A stretch of DNA of 64,000 bases from IMG/VR virus record IMGVR_UViG_3300045988_165036, positions 1 to 64,000 of that record; one strand, 5' to 3'. The position numbers and the translations under genes were made by a program. Source of the stretch: a virus. This document shows positions 30,101 through 39,379 of this stretch, one piece after another. The notes under the pieces are model-generated. The model saw only the letters and a list, made by a program, of their open reading frames with translations. It was not told where the DNA came from and did not search any database. Each line of letters begins with the position of its first letter. Position 1 is the first letter of the stretch.

Positions 30101-32335
30101 GGTCAGGATTATACCGCTGGAACAATAGACCAGATTTATTACAAAGACGGTAAATTTGTTATTGGAGATTCAAAAAATAAGAGCGGTGCCGATCCGCTGT
30201 CTCAAGTTCTGCAAATTACTTATGGAGCGATGGCTCTTAAAAAGTTAATTCAAGAATATGGGAAGGCCAAAAACATCGGAGACGATGAACTTGATAAGTT
30301 CAAAAAACAATATGGAATAGAAGATAGTGCAGAGTTTACTTCAGCTATTGAAGAGGTTCTACAAAAGGGTGATCTTGATAACGCAATTTCTGGAATTATT
30401 ACAAAGTTTGACACAAGAGGAGGATATGTAAAAGCATATCAAACAGATCCACTTAAAGATGCCAAAATGGCGGATTTGTTAGATAGATATTCTAGAGATG
30501 CGTCAGCAATGACTCCCGAAGAGCGTGCTCAGATTGAAAAATATCAAGCAGAATTATATTCCAAAGAATCTCGTATCTTTGCAGATAATCCATCTGAATT
30601 ATCTATTTTTAAATATGACGAATTAATAGATAAAAGTTTTAAAGAATTTGCCAATGCTATTCAAAAAAGAGCAGAATTGCAAAAAAGACTCTTCAAACTT
30701 GAACAAGAAGGGCAAAGAGGAAGTATAGAATATGAATCAGCTCAAAAAGAAATTGACAAACTCAATGCCGGAATTCTTGCAAAAGAAGGAGAAAGATTTA
30801 TTGGCATTGGCGGATCTTATCAAAAAGAAGCTTCTGATTATGCTGATGCGTATGAAAAATCTATTGAGGCATATAAATCTGAATTTTCTTACAACGAAGC
30901 CATAAAAGGCATTTCGGAAGAGAGGAAACTCCAAAGTGAAATCTTCAAGTTAAACAAACAAAAGAGCGCTCTTGAAAAAGAAGATGCTAAAGCCAACGAA
31001 GCCACCATAAAAGAAATTGAAGAGGTTCTAAAGTCTTATCAGCAATCAATTGACTCCATTAAAGCCTATAGAGAACAGCTGAAAGCACTTTATGGCGACA
31101 AATGGGGCGAAGGTGCTGAAGACGGGAAGCAGACCAAACTGAAAGATATTGAGACAAGAGAAAAACTAACGGGGCTTCTTGGCGCAAGAGACGAAAAACG
31201 ACTTGCTGACGCGGAAACAAATTCTGCAACAAAAGAATATATTGCGCTCTTAAATCAACAGCTTCAGCTTGAACTCAAAATTAAGAGCTTTCAACGTGAC
31301 GCTGCTACCAGCAGAGGAAGACAAAAAGAACTTGACCTTCTTGCGGCAGAGGCATATAATGAGCAATTAGAGGAAACCAATAAAAACCTTGAAAAGATCG
31401 ACAAGAGCAAAGTTAAAAACATTGACTCGATCAATGCTGAAAATGAGTTAAAGCGCAATTCCGCGCTTGCCTCTCTTTATGCGAAGAAACCGTATTCTAA
31501 TATCTTCGAATATATCAAAGCAGACATTAGCAGAGCAACTCAGCGTATTGTTGATTTCGGTCTTGCAGCAAAAGTCCTTAATACGGCTCGCAAAGAGATT
31601 CAACAGGTTTATCAAAACATTCTGAAGCTCGACGAAGCGATGACCAACCTTCGTATTGTTACCGGCTCTAACACCGAACAAGCGAAGAGTATGATGAACG
31701 CTTATAATGACCTTGCGATGCAACTTGGCACGACTACGCAAGCTGTTGCACAATCTGCGGCAGAATGGTTGAGACAGGGTTATTCTGTTTCCGAAGCCAA
31801 CGAATTGATCAAGTCTTCGACTTATCTGTCTCGTCTTGGCTTTATGGATATGAATCAGTCTGTTACGGCGCTAACTTCTGTTATGAAGGGCTTCCGTATC
31901 GAAGCAACCGACTCGATGGACATCGTTGATAAGCTGACACAGCTCGACGCGAAGTATGCAACCACGGCTGGAGATATTGCTACGGCTCTTTCGAGAACCT
32001 CTGCGGTTGCTCGTGAGGCGGGTCTTGATCTCGACCAAACTGCAGCAGCGTTGACTACAATGATTGACGTGTCGCAGCAGGATGCGAGCAGTGTTGGTAA
32101 CGCTTTCAGAACGATTCTTGCGAGATACGGGAATGTTAAAGCAACTGCGTTTACTTCTTTGGTTGGCGACTCTGATGATGTTGACGACACAAATAGTTCT
32201 ATAAACGATACCGAAAAAGTACTCGGAGCGATTGGGATTAAAATCCGTTCGTCTTCGAGTGATATGCGTGACTTTGATGACGTTATGGATGAGCTCGCTG
32301 ACAAGTGGGTAACTCTTACCGACGTCGAAAAGAAT
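24131..32335 (+). CDS. Tape-measure protein, exon 1 (2,735 codons)
   Basis: GTG start 10 nt after GGAGG. The C-terminal part carries the TP901/TIGR01760-like core ...AGDIATALSRTSAVAREAGLDLDQTAAALT...GNAFRTILARYG...ELADKWVTLTDVEKN. The last 26 codons of the ORF-track ORF are read-through into the intron. Confidence 0.75.
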
Positions 32336-32637
32336 TTGAAACAAAGTTCCATTATGGAGCAATCCATAATTGCAAACCCATTGAATTGCTGGAACGCCCT
32401 TAGAGTAGTATAAACTAAAACATAGCGATGAAATATACGCAAGTGTGAATGTGGAAAATTATACTGATTGGGTAATCAGCAGCTAAGCTCCGAATAGGAG
32501 AAAGTTCAACGACTAAGTGGTGGCAAGCGCCATCCAGTGGTGGGCTCCACGAAAGTGGATGATGAGATAGTCTAATCTCATATGAAAGTATGAGGAACAA
32601 AAGTTCGTATGATTTAGCGAATCATATAAATAAAATG
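32336..32637 (+). ncRNA. Group I intron 1 in the tape-measure gene (ORF-less, 302 nt)
   Basis: The 5' exon ends in U32335 and the intron ends in G32637. P4-like CUGAUU/AAUCAG (32464-79), Q-like AAUCAGCAGC, R-like GUUCAACGACUAAGUGG (32504-20), S-like GAGAUAGUC (32564-72). P7 is GACUA/UAGUC. P3 is CCAUU(32378-82)/AGUGG(32516-20). P9 hairpin at 32577-94. P1 is weak. Confidence 0.65.
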
Positions 32638-32661
32638 GCCGTTTCAACGGCACTCGCGGGT
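32638..32661 (+). CDS. Tape-measure protein, 24-nt micro-exon (AVSTALAG)
   Basis: GCC GTT TCA ACG GCA CTC GCG GGT supplies exactly the xIAxALAG segment expected between ...EKN and VRQRN... in tape-measure proteins. It is flanked by intron-terminal G32637 and ends in U32661, which pairs in the P1 of intron 2. Confidence 0.65.
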
Positions 32662-33038
32662 AAATTTATGCCCGTGTGTGGGTTAAAATACACACAAAGA
32701 ACACATTTAATTGCAGGTAAAACCTTAGAGCCTTTTACCACAATAATCAAGAAATTAGATTATGACGGTTTAAAAACAAAAGGATTGGTAGATCTGCAAC
32801 GAAGCTCCTAAATGAATATTTCACAAGGAGAACGTTCAACGACCATCCCCCGATGAGGGGCGTATTAATTATGCTACAGGAGTACGGCGCAAATAAAGGC
32901 GTGGGTGAAAATCCCTCAAATGGAAATGGTGTGACTCGGTATGAAAATACAGGGTTAAGAAATGGTCTATTCTTGCGCGAAAACGCAAGCTGAAATTTAA
33001 TATAATAATTAGTTATTGATTTAAAAGGGGATTAAAAG

Positions 33039-33224
33039 ATGAAAGAGTATTATAACGTTTCTCAATTAAGAGTTTGCCGATATCTTTACTCACTGGGATT
33101 TGAGAAAGAAAGTTGGTTCGACAAAAACGGAAAAGAACATTGGCGATTTGAAAAAACAGATGATTTGATGATTGCTATGGATTTTTACAAAAAAATGAGA
33201 GACAAAAATAAAGTAAATAATTAA
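33039..33224 (+). CDS. Intron-encoded small protein (DUF5659-like by eye)
   Basis: 61 aa with RBS AAAAGGGG. The pattern ...CRYLYSLGFEKESWFDKNGKEHWRFEKTDDL..AMDFY resembles small Firmicutes/phage proteins of unknown function. Confidence 0.45.
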   Translation: MKEYYNVSQLRVCRYLYSLGFEKESWFDKNGKEHWRFEKTDDLMIAMDFYKKMRDKNKVNN

Positions 33225-33243
33225 AATCTTGGAGGTTTTTCAT

Positions 33244-34017
33244 ATGAAAAAATGGACAGAAGAAGAAATTGAATGGTTAAAAGAGAATTTTCCACATAAA
33301 CAATTTAGCGAAATGGAACGATATCTTAACAGATCTTGTCAAGCTATTACAAAAATGGCGCATAGATTAAAAATCAAAAGAGATGAATTGGTTTATAAAA
33401 ATTTTACAAAGGAACAGGATGAATGGTTGAGAAAGTTCTATTATGATGCGAGTTGGGAAGATCTTTTACAGAAATTTTCAAATTTATCAAAAACGCAAAT
33501 TGAGGCCCGGGCAAAATATCTGAAAATTAAAAGAAAACCAACATTTTATAAGTTCTCTAAAGAAGAAGATGAAACATTAAAAAAGTATTTTGGGAAAATT
33601 TCAACAAAAGAAGTATCCTTGCTCCTTGATGGTAGGGATGAAAAGGCGATATATCATCGCGCAAGAAAATTGGGGCTGGAAGTATATAAAATATGGACAA
33701 AAGAAAAAGACGAGTTTCTTATCAACAATTATGATAAGCTAAGAATAAGGGATCTTATGAAAGCGCTTGGCTTAAATTCTAATACACCAATTTATAATCG
33801 TATGCGAGAACTTGGTCTGCAAAATTGTGGAATTGGAAGAATTTGGAATGATGGAGATGACAGATTTTTAATAGATAATTATAATTTACTAACAAATAAA
33901 GATATTGCTTCTATATTAAAAAGAACAGAAATTGCTATAAAGAGCCGAGCAAGTAATCTTGGTATCAAAAAAGAAATAAATATGGATTGGGAAACAATAC
34001 GCCAGAGCAGTTTATAG
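33244..34017 (+). CDS. Intron-encoded protein built from five Myb/SANT-like HTH repeats, with no recognisable nuclease motif
   Basis: ATG 33244 lies 8 nt after GGAGG. Five ~48-aa repeats start WTEEEIEWLKENF, FTKEQDEWLRKFY, FSKEEDETLKKYF, WTKEKDEFLINNY and WNDGDDRFLIDNY. Each ends in a basic helix (..HRLKIKR, ..AKYLKIKRK, ..ARKLGLEV, ..MRELGLQN, ..ASNLGIKKE). Confidence 0.6.
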   Translation: MKKWTEEEIEWLKENFPHKQFSEMERYLNRSCQAITKMAHRLKIKRDELVYKNFTKEQDEWLRKFYYDASWEDLLQKFSNLSKTQIEARAKYLKIKRKPTFYKFSKEEDETLKKYFGKISTKEVSLLLDGRDEKAIYHRARKLGLEVYKIWTKEKDEFLINNYDKLRIRDLMKALGLNSNTPIYNRMRELGLQNCGIGRIWNDGDDRFLIDNYNLLTNKDIASILKRTEIAIKSRASNLGIKKEINMDWETIRQSSL

Positions 34018-34152
34018 AATTTGTTTCTAATTTTTTCCCAGAAAAATTGGAAACATTATTAAAATATATGAAAAAAACAATAAAAATAACTAATTAAAAA
34101 ATAAATTATATTAAATTTCGGGTCGGAGTTATGAACCGACTGAATTCAAAAG

Positions 34153-37100
34153 GTCAGACAGCGTAATATTTTCGGGATCTATATGGAAAATTACGACACA
34201 TACAAACAGGCAATTTCTGAAGCCGAAAAAGCCCAGGGAACCGCCGCTCGTAAAATGCAGGCGTATAATGAAAGTGTTGCGTATAGTATCAATCAGCTCT
34301 CTGCGGCATGGGAAGGATTTACGCAAAAACTTGAGGCAAGTCCGGCCGTCAAGGGTATTTATTGGATTTTGACGCAAGGAATAAAGAATCTTGATCACAT
34401 TTTGCAGTGGTTAATACCCATTATCGCAACATTTAATGCCGATAAAATCGTAAGTCTCGCTAAATTTTTGTTTCCTTTGGTGACGGCTATTCCGAAAGCG
34501 GTTGGAAATGGATTTAAAGATCGTCACGGTAATGAATTCTATGAAAATATGACTCAAAAGATGACCGCAGAAAATACCAATGCTATTGAAGAGTTAACCA
34601 ATGCGACAAAAGATAACACTGCGGCATTAAGAGGAAGAAAGTCGAAGAGCGGCGCTGGCGGAGTTGGTAAAGCAGATGAGGGGGCAACACCAAAGGGCCC
34701 CAAAACAAAACAAAAGCCATATCAAAAGTATACATCTGATGTAAGGTCTCGCATAGATAGTCTTAATTATCATATTTCTGAAGCGGAAAAACAAGGAAAT
34801 GTTTCGGACGTAGAAAAACTTAAGAAAATTAAGTCGGAAGAATTAAGAAAAATAGAAGGAAACAAACCGGAAATTATTTCTGCGTATAGAAAAGATACCA
34901 GGGATGCGACAGAATTAGCCCAAAAACAAATTAATGAAATTGACAAAAGAGTGCAAGATTCAAAGGCTAACGCCCTTATGAGAAAAGAAATTGCGGAAAA
35001 TGCCCATAAAAACGGGCAGGTACAATCGAAACTTAAAGAGAAGGACAGAAGGGCTGAAGCTTCGCAGATTCACGCGGCTGAAATGGAGGCTTCTGGAGAG
35101 CAGCAGAAGGAGCAGATATTTAAAGAAAGAAACGATAGGCTCAAAGAGATTAAAAAACGGACAAAAAAAGATTTACGAGAAGAAAATAAGAGATTAAAAC
35201 AACAGGAAGAGGAATATAATAGAGCCAATAGCACTGGGAGAGCTAAAACCAGAACAGACGTAAAAGAACTCGCCCCAGAAGAACGCGCAAATCTTGAGGC
35301 TCAAAAGAAACTGGAGCGTTCCGCTCGTCTAAAGACCGGTGTTGTTTCTGGCATTGGCGCCGGAGCCGTTCGCTTTGCAAACAAAGGATCAAGTTTCCTC
35401 GATGAGGCTATGGGTGTTTCTGGTGTCGAAGTTGACACCGGTGAAGCTCTTGCAATGGGCGTTGCTCAGGGTGCTCTAACTGGAGTTGCGACTGCGTTTA
35501 TGGGACCTGCCGGAGCAGTTCTTGCCTCAATTCTTGGAGACGTTTTGTCTTCTTTCTGGAAAAAAATTGCTCACGCAGACGAAATTGATCGTAAACAGCG
35601 TGTCGAAGATGCCAAAAAACAACTCGAAGCAATTAAAGGGATCGAAAGTTCAGTTACTGGTTTGATTGATTTAAACAAAAAAAATCAAGCGCTGTGGGAT
35701 TCTGATGAATGGAAACAATTCAACGAACAGGTTGAAACAATCAATGAAGCTCTTGAAAAATCAGAGCTCGGAGATAGAATAATCAACCTCGGCAACAGTA
35801 CACAAACCCTTTCTGAATATTTCGAAGAAGCGGCAAGAACCGGAAATAAAGATATGCTTTCTCGCGTCGAAGCGGAGAGAATTCGTTTTGAGGCTGAAAA
35901 GACATACGCTGCAGGAGAACAGGATCGTTATACCCTCCAAAAAGAGATTAACGAGAATCAAAAGAAGCTCGCAAAGCTTGATAACGACGAGATATCGAAA
36001 AGGAAAGAACTTAACGTAGCAATCAAAGCTGCGAGGTCAGAAATTAAAGACTATTCCGAAGCCCTGAAGAGGGGTTATATGCAAGCGTCGTTCTACTCTT
36101 CTGGCGTTGGAACAATGGAGTCTTATGACATTGGAAACGCAACGCTTGATAGAGTAATTATGCAAATCGCTCGAGAATGGGCAAAAGATAGTCCTGATAT
36201 TTTTGCTGGAAATCAGCTGACGAGCGATGCTCGTTTCGAAATTATTTCGTATCTGCGAGAACAGCCGGGCTATTCTTCTCTGTTTAAAAACGACACGAAG
36301 AATGTTGGAGATATGTTAACAGCAAGAGACGCAGTTGATGATTTGAGAAAATCTCTTAATATGTCTCAAAAACAATTGAAAGAGTTTGCCAATAGTAAAG
36401 ATCTTCTTAAAATTGGAAAGTCTTTCGGTTTAATTAAAGATGATATTATTGATATTAATCAATTGTCAGAAGCAGACAAATCTGCTGTTTATAAATTGAT
36501 CGATAAAATTAATCTTGTTGATGAAGACGGAATTACAACAATTGCACACGCAATGAATATGACCGTTGAAGAATTTGAAAGAGCAAATGCAGATGGAGCA
36601 TTTAACTGGCTAACAGCTGATGTTGCGATTGGTGGAATAGATAAGTTAAATGAAAAAATGCAGACATTTAACGATTTGTTATCTGCAGCATCCGAGGGTT
36701 CCCTTTTAACTTCTGAAAATCTAAACAAGATTGCAAATCAATTCCCAACATTGCTCCGTGGAGTTGACGAAGCTGGGAAATATACAAAAGATTTGAGCTC
36801 CGATAATATTCTTGATAATATAATCAGAATGATGACAGACGAAGATTCCTTACGAGAAATTTATTCTGGACTATTTTCTGGAAGCGTAGCAAAAGATTCT
36901 GAAATCTGGAATAATTTTATGACCCTTGGAAAAGGAAGCGAAATTGCTAATTCCAATCTTTCTGAAGAGATTAAAGAGCGTATTAAAAAAGCAGGCTCTT
37001 ATTCTGATATCGTCGATATTTTTGCAATGGATAAGATGAAAGAATATAATGACGCGTTTAAAGAGTATGTTACAAGTATGTATCCAATAACTGATTTACT

Positions 37101-38694
37101 TGATGCACAAGCAAAGATTTTGGAGGAATACGGAAAATATACTCTAGAGACAGAGATTTCTAATCTTGAGTCGGTTCGAGATTCTCTTGACGATGTTAAT
37201 AAACAGCGCGAGAAGGAACTTGAACTGATTAAAGCAAAAGAAGCTCTTGAAAATGCATCAAAAGAAAAGAAGCGCATATATCGTGCTGGAGTCGGATTTG
37301 TCTATACGACAGATCAAGAAGCTGTTAAATCTGCGCAGGGAAAAGTTGACGAACTAGAAAGACAACGTGACAAAGACAATATTCAATATCAGATTGATTC
37401 GTTGCAACAGCAGAAAGAAATTCTTGAAAATATTGAAAACAACAAGCAATTAGAGTCTCTCGTTGATACCGCAGAAAGGATTCTCGGTAGCGATGGTTCG
37501 AATAATGGCATTGCCGGAATTATTACTGCCGTTAATTCAATAACTAGTGATGAATTTATAAATAAAATCAAAGAACAGGTTAAGACCGGGATTACTGAAT
37601 CAATTCAAAAAACAAACGACGAATCAAAAGAATCGGCTTACAAGAGCTATAAAGAGGCACAGTCTAGCTTAGAAGATTTTCGCAAAGAAGAATATGTGAC
37701 GCCAGAGGGAGAAAAAACAGGGTATGCAAAAGGAGATATTTTGAATAATCCAAGATCCCCATATTATTCTTCTGTTTATGACGAATATAAGTCTAAAATA
37801 AATAGCGTGAATAAATATGCTGAAAATTACAATAAGTATGTACAAGATAATTCTAAAAAAATCAGCAAAGAAAAGGCTGATGAGTCTAAGCAAAAATTCG
37901 GGTTTTTTGCTCCTGCATCGGGGTTAAAAAGAGTTATGGGAGCAAAGTCGGGAAACGTATTTGTATTCGGAATAAGCCCGAGCGTTAATCCAAATTGGGC
38001 AAGTAACGATCAATACACAGCAGGGAATTCTTCTAATATTTATATATCTAAACAAACTGATGATGGCGGTTTTGGTGGATTTGAACAATCTCCGTGGAAG
38101 GGGACGGCAGAAGAGGCAATAAATAAAGTAAAAGGACCCGCCCTAATTGTAAACAATAAAGGTGGAAAAGACTATTTAATTTATAAAGATGTTAATGGGG
38201 AAATCCATAATACTGTTGTTAGATTAAATAATGGAGACGAGTCTTTAGATGGGGAGCTGAGTTATGATGCATTTTTTAATGGGAAAGTTTTTAGTGGATC
38301 TAATGGCTTAAAGGCATTAAGAAAAATGGCTGATAATTATAATCCATTTGCTTCTGGTACTCTTTCAGCCCCTGGTGGTCGCTCCCTGATCAACGAAAAC
38401 GGTCTTGAATCCATTATTACTCCTTCTGGAACAATCACTTCTCTTCCTGCTAAATCTGGCATTGTTCCTGCCGATCTTACTCGTAACTTGTGGGCTCTTG
38501 GTGAGGTTGCCCCTAACCTTATTGCTCGTCTTGGTGGCAACAGTCTCCAGACCAACAATTCTAATTCTTCTACTGACAATTCGATCAATATTCAGAATCT
38601 TGATGCTACGTTTAATACGCAAAGCGATTTCGACGGACGTCGATTCTTAACAGATCTTCGTAATCAGGTTATCTTGACTGCAAATAATCATTAA
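34153..38694 (+). CDS. Tape-measure protein, exon 3 (1,513 aa)
   Basis: Begins GTC AGA CAG CGT... = VRQRNIFGIYMENYDTYKQAISEAEKAQGTAARKM (consensus RQxNxFxxLMxNyd). Contains hydrophobic Gly/Ala segments. The C-terminal motif GGRSLINENGLESIITPSGTITSLPAKSGIVPA is typical of tape-measure C-termini. Confidence 0.75.
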   Translation, partial: VRQRNIFGIYMENYDTYKQAISEAEKAQGTAARKMQAYNESVAYSINQLSAAWEGFTQKLEASPAVKGIYWILTQGIKNLDHILQWLIPIIATFNADKIVSLAKFLFPLVTAIPKAVGNGFKDRHGNEFYENMTQKMTAENTNAIEELTNATKDNTAALRGRKSKSGAGGVGKADEGATPKGPKTKQKPYQKYTSDVRSRIDSLNYHISEAEKQGNVSDVEKLKKIKSEELRKIEGNKPEIISAYRKDTRDATELAQKQINEIDKRVQDSKANALMRKEIAENAHKNGQVQSKLKEKDRRAEASQIHAAEMEASGEQQKEQIFKERNDRLKEIKKRTKKDLREENKRLKQQEEEYNRANSTGRAKTRTDVKELAPEERANLEAQKKLERSARLKTGVVSGIGAGAVRFANKGSSFLDEAMGVSGVEVDTGEALAMGVAQGALTGVATAFMGPAGAVLASILGDVLSSFWKKIAHADEIDRKQRVEDAKKQLEAIKGIESSVTGLIDLNKKNQALWDSDEWKQFNEQVETINEALEKSELGDRIINLGNSTQTLSEYFEEAARTGNKDMLSRVEAERIRFEAEKTYAAGEQDRYTLQKEINENQKKLAKLDNDEISKRKELNVAIKAARSEIKDYSEALKRGYMQASFYSSGVGTMESYDIGNATLDRVIMQIAREWAKDSPDIFAGNQLTSDARFEIISYLREQPGYSSLFKNDTKNVGDMLTARDAVDDLRKSLNMSQKQLKEFANSKDLLKIGKSFGLIKDDIIDINQLSEADKSAVYKLIDKINLVDEDGITTIAHAMNMTVEEFERANADGAFNWLTADVAIGGIDKLNEKMQTFNDLLSAASEGSLLTSENLNKIANQFPTLLRGVDEAGKYTKDLSSDNILDNIIRMMTDEDSLREIYSGLFSGSVAKDSEIWNNFMTLGKGSEIANSNLSEEIKERIKKAGSYSDIVDIFAMDKMKEYNDAFKEYVTSMYPITDLLDAQAKILEEYGKYTLETEISNLESVRDSLDDVNKQREKELELIKAKEALENASKEKKRIYRAGVGFVYTTDQEAVKSAQGKVDELERQRDKDNIQYQIDSLQQQKEILENIENNKQLESLVDTAERILGSDGSNNGIAGIITAVNSITSDEFINKIKEQVKTGITESIQKTNDESKESAYKSYKEAQSSLEDFRKEEYVTPEGEKTGYAKGDILNNPRSPYYSSVYDEYKSKINSVNKYAENYNKYVQDNSKKISKEKADESKQKFGFFAPASGLKRVMGAKSGNVFVFGISPSVNPNWASNDQYTAGNSSNIYISKQTDDGGFGGFEQSPWKGTAEEAINKVKGPALIVNNKGGKDYLIYKDVNGEIHNTVVRLNNGDESLDGELSYDAFFNGKVFSGSNGLKALRKMADNYNPFASGTLSAPGGRSLINENGLESIITPSGTITSLPAKSGIVPADLTRNLWALGEVAPNLIARLGGNSLQTNNSNSSTDNSINIQNLDATFNTQSDFDGRRFLTDLRNQVILTANNH

Positions 38695-38752
38695 AAACAA
38701 AAAGAGGGCTGCGGTGAGAGATTATCACAGCCCTCTCTATGTTGGAGGATTT

Positions 38753-39379
38753 ATGAAATTTAACAAAAAATTAACAATTCTAATTTGGGTTCTTTCGTTC
38801 ACTTGGGCTCTTCCGACAACTCTTGTTGGGTGCGTCGTTGCGTTATATCTCCGATTTCGTGGAAATAAACTGAAAAGGTTCGGACCAATTTTTTACTTTC
38901 CGATCACAGAAGATTATGGGCTGAATCTTGGTCCTTTTATTCTTGCCCCTAAAAATACCGATTTTTACTTGAACGCGCACGAGCTTGGTCATCATCTTCA
39001 GGCGTGTTTCAGGTATGGACCTTTCACCGTTTTTGTTGTCGCAATTCCGAGCGTTATTCGTTTTTGGTTGAGAAAACAGAAAACATATGACGGAAAACTT
39101 TTATATGCTTGTCTGCTTGTAATCGCAATTTATATTGTGAGCGCAGCCCTTAGCTGGATCGGATATTTCACGAAAATTGTCGCACTTGCGTTTATCGGAT
39201 TATTTTTAACAATTTATGGAATTGCTATTCAGATTTGGTTGAATAGGTTCGAAGCCCCGCGTTATAAAGATGGGAACTATCCGTCGTATGATGACGCGTG
39301 GTTTGAGAGAGATGCGACTAAAAAGGGAAACGATTTTATGAGAAAGTATTTCAACGAAGAGGTGAAACGGTTTTGGTAA
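38753..39379 (+). CDS. Polytopic membrane protein with HExxH motif (putative Zn-metallopeptidase-like)
   Basis: ATG 38753 follows GGAGG. Several hydrophobic helices and the motif AHELGHHLQ. Confidence 0.45.
   Translation: MKFNKKLTILIWVLSFTWALPTTLVGCVVALYLRFRGNKLKRFGPIFYFPITEDYGLNLGPFILAPKNTDFYLNAHELGHHLQACFRYGPFTVFVVAIPSVIRFWLRKQKTYDGKLLYACLLVIAIYIVSAALSWIGYFTKIVALAFIGLFLTIYGIAIQIWLNRFEAPRYKDGNYPSYDDAWFERDATKKGNDFMRKYFNEEVKRFW

Larger units (their letters stand above)
32662..34152 (+). ncRNA. Group I intron 2 in the tape-measure gene (1,491 nt, ORF-bearing)
   Basis: P1 CGCGGGU(32655-61)/GCCCGUG(32670-76) has a U.G at the splice site. P/Q-like AAUUGCAGG(32709-17)/AUCUGCAA(32792-99). P6 is CUCCU/AGGAG. 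R-like GUUCAACGACCAU, S-like AAGAAAUGGUC. P7 is GACCAU(32841-46)/AUGGUC(32962-67). P9 hairpin at 32972-89. ORFs lie 3' of the core. 3' hairpin at 34122-40, terminal G at 34152. Confidence 0.75.

Noticed and set aside
32336-32413. The last 26 codons of ORF 24131-32413 (LKQSSIMEQSIIANPLNCWNALRVV*) and my first model of a single 1,760-nt intron (32383-34142, junction ...IIANPL/IQKVRQRN).
   Set aside because: That model leaves an 11-aa insertion relative to the tape-measure consensus. It ignores the AVSTALAG segment at 32638-61 and puts two complete R/S cores inside one intron. The two-intron model fits the consensus, the U/G splice-site rules, the frame, and a 7-bp P1 for intron 2.
32590-32811. 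The 73-aa ORF (MRNKSSYDLANHINKMAVSTALAGKFMPV...) listed in the ORF track.
   Set aside because: It has no RBS and spans the end of intron 1, the micro-exon and the P1-P6 region of intron 2. Only its AVSTALAG codons are coding, as part of the tape-measure gene.
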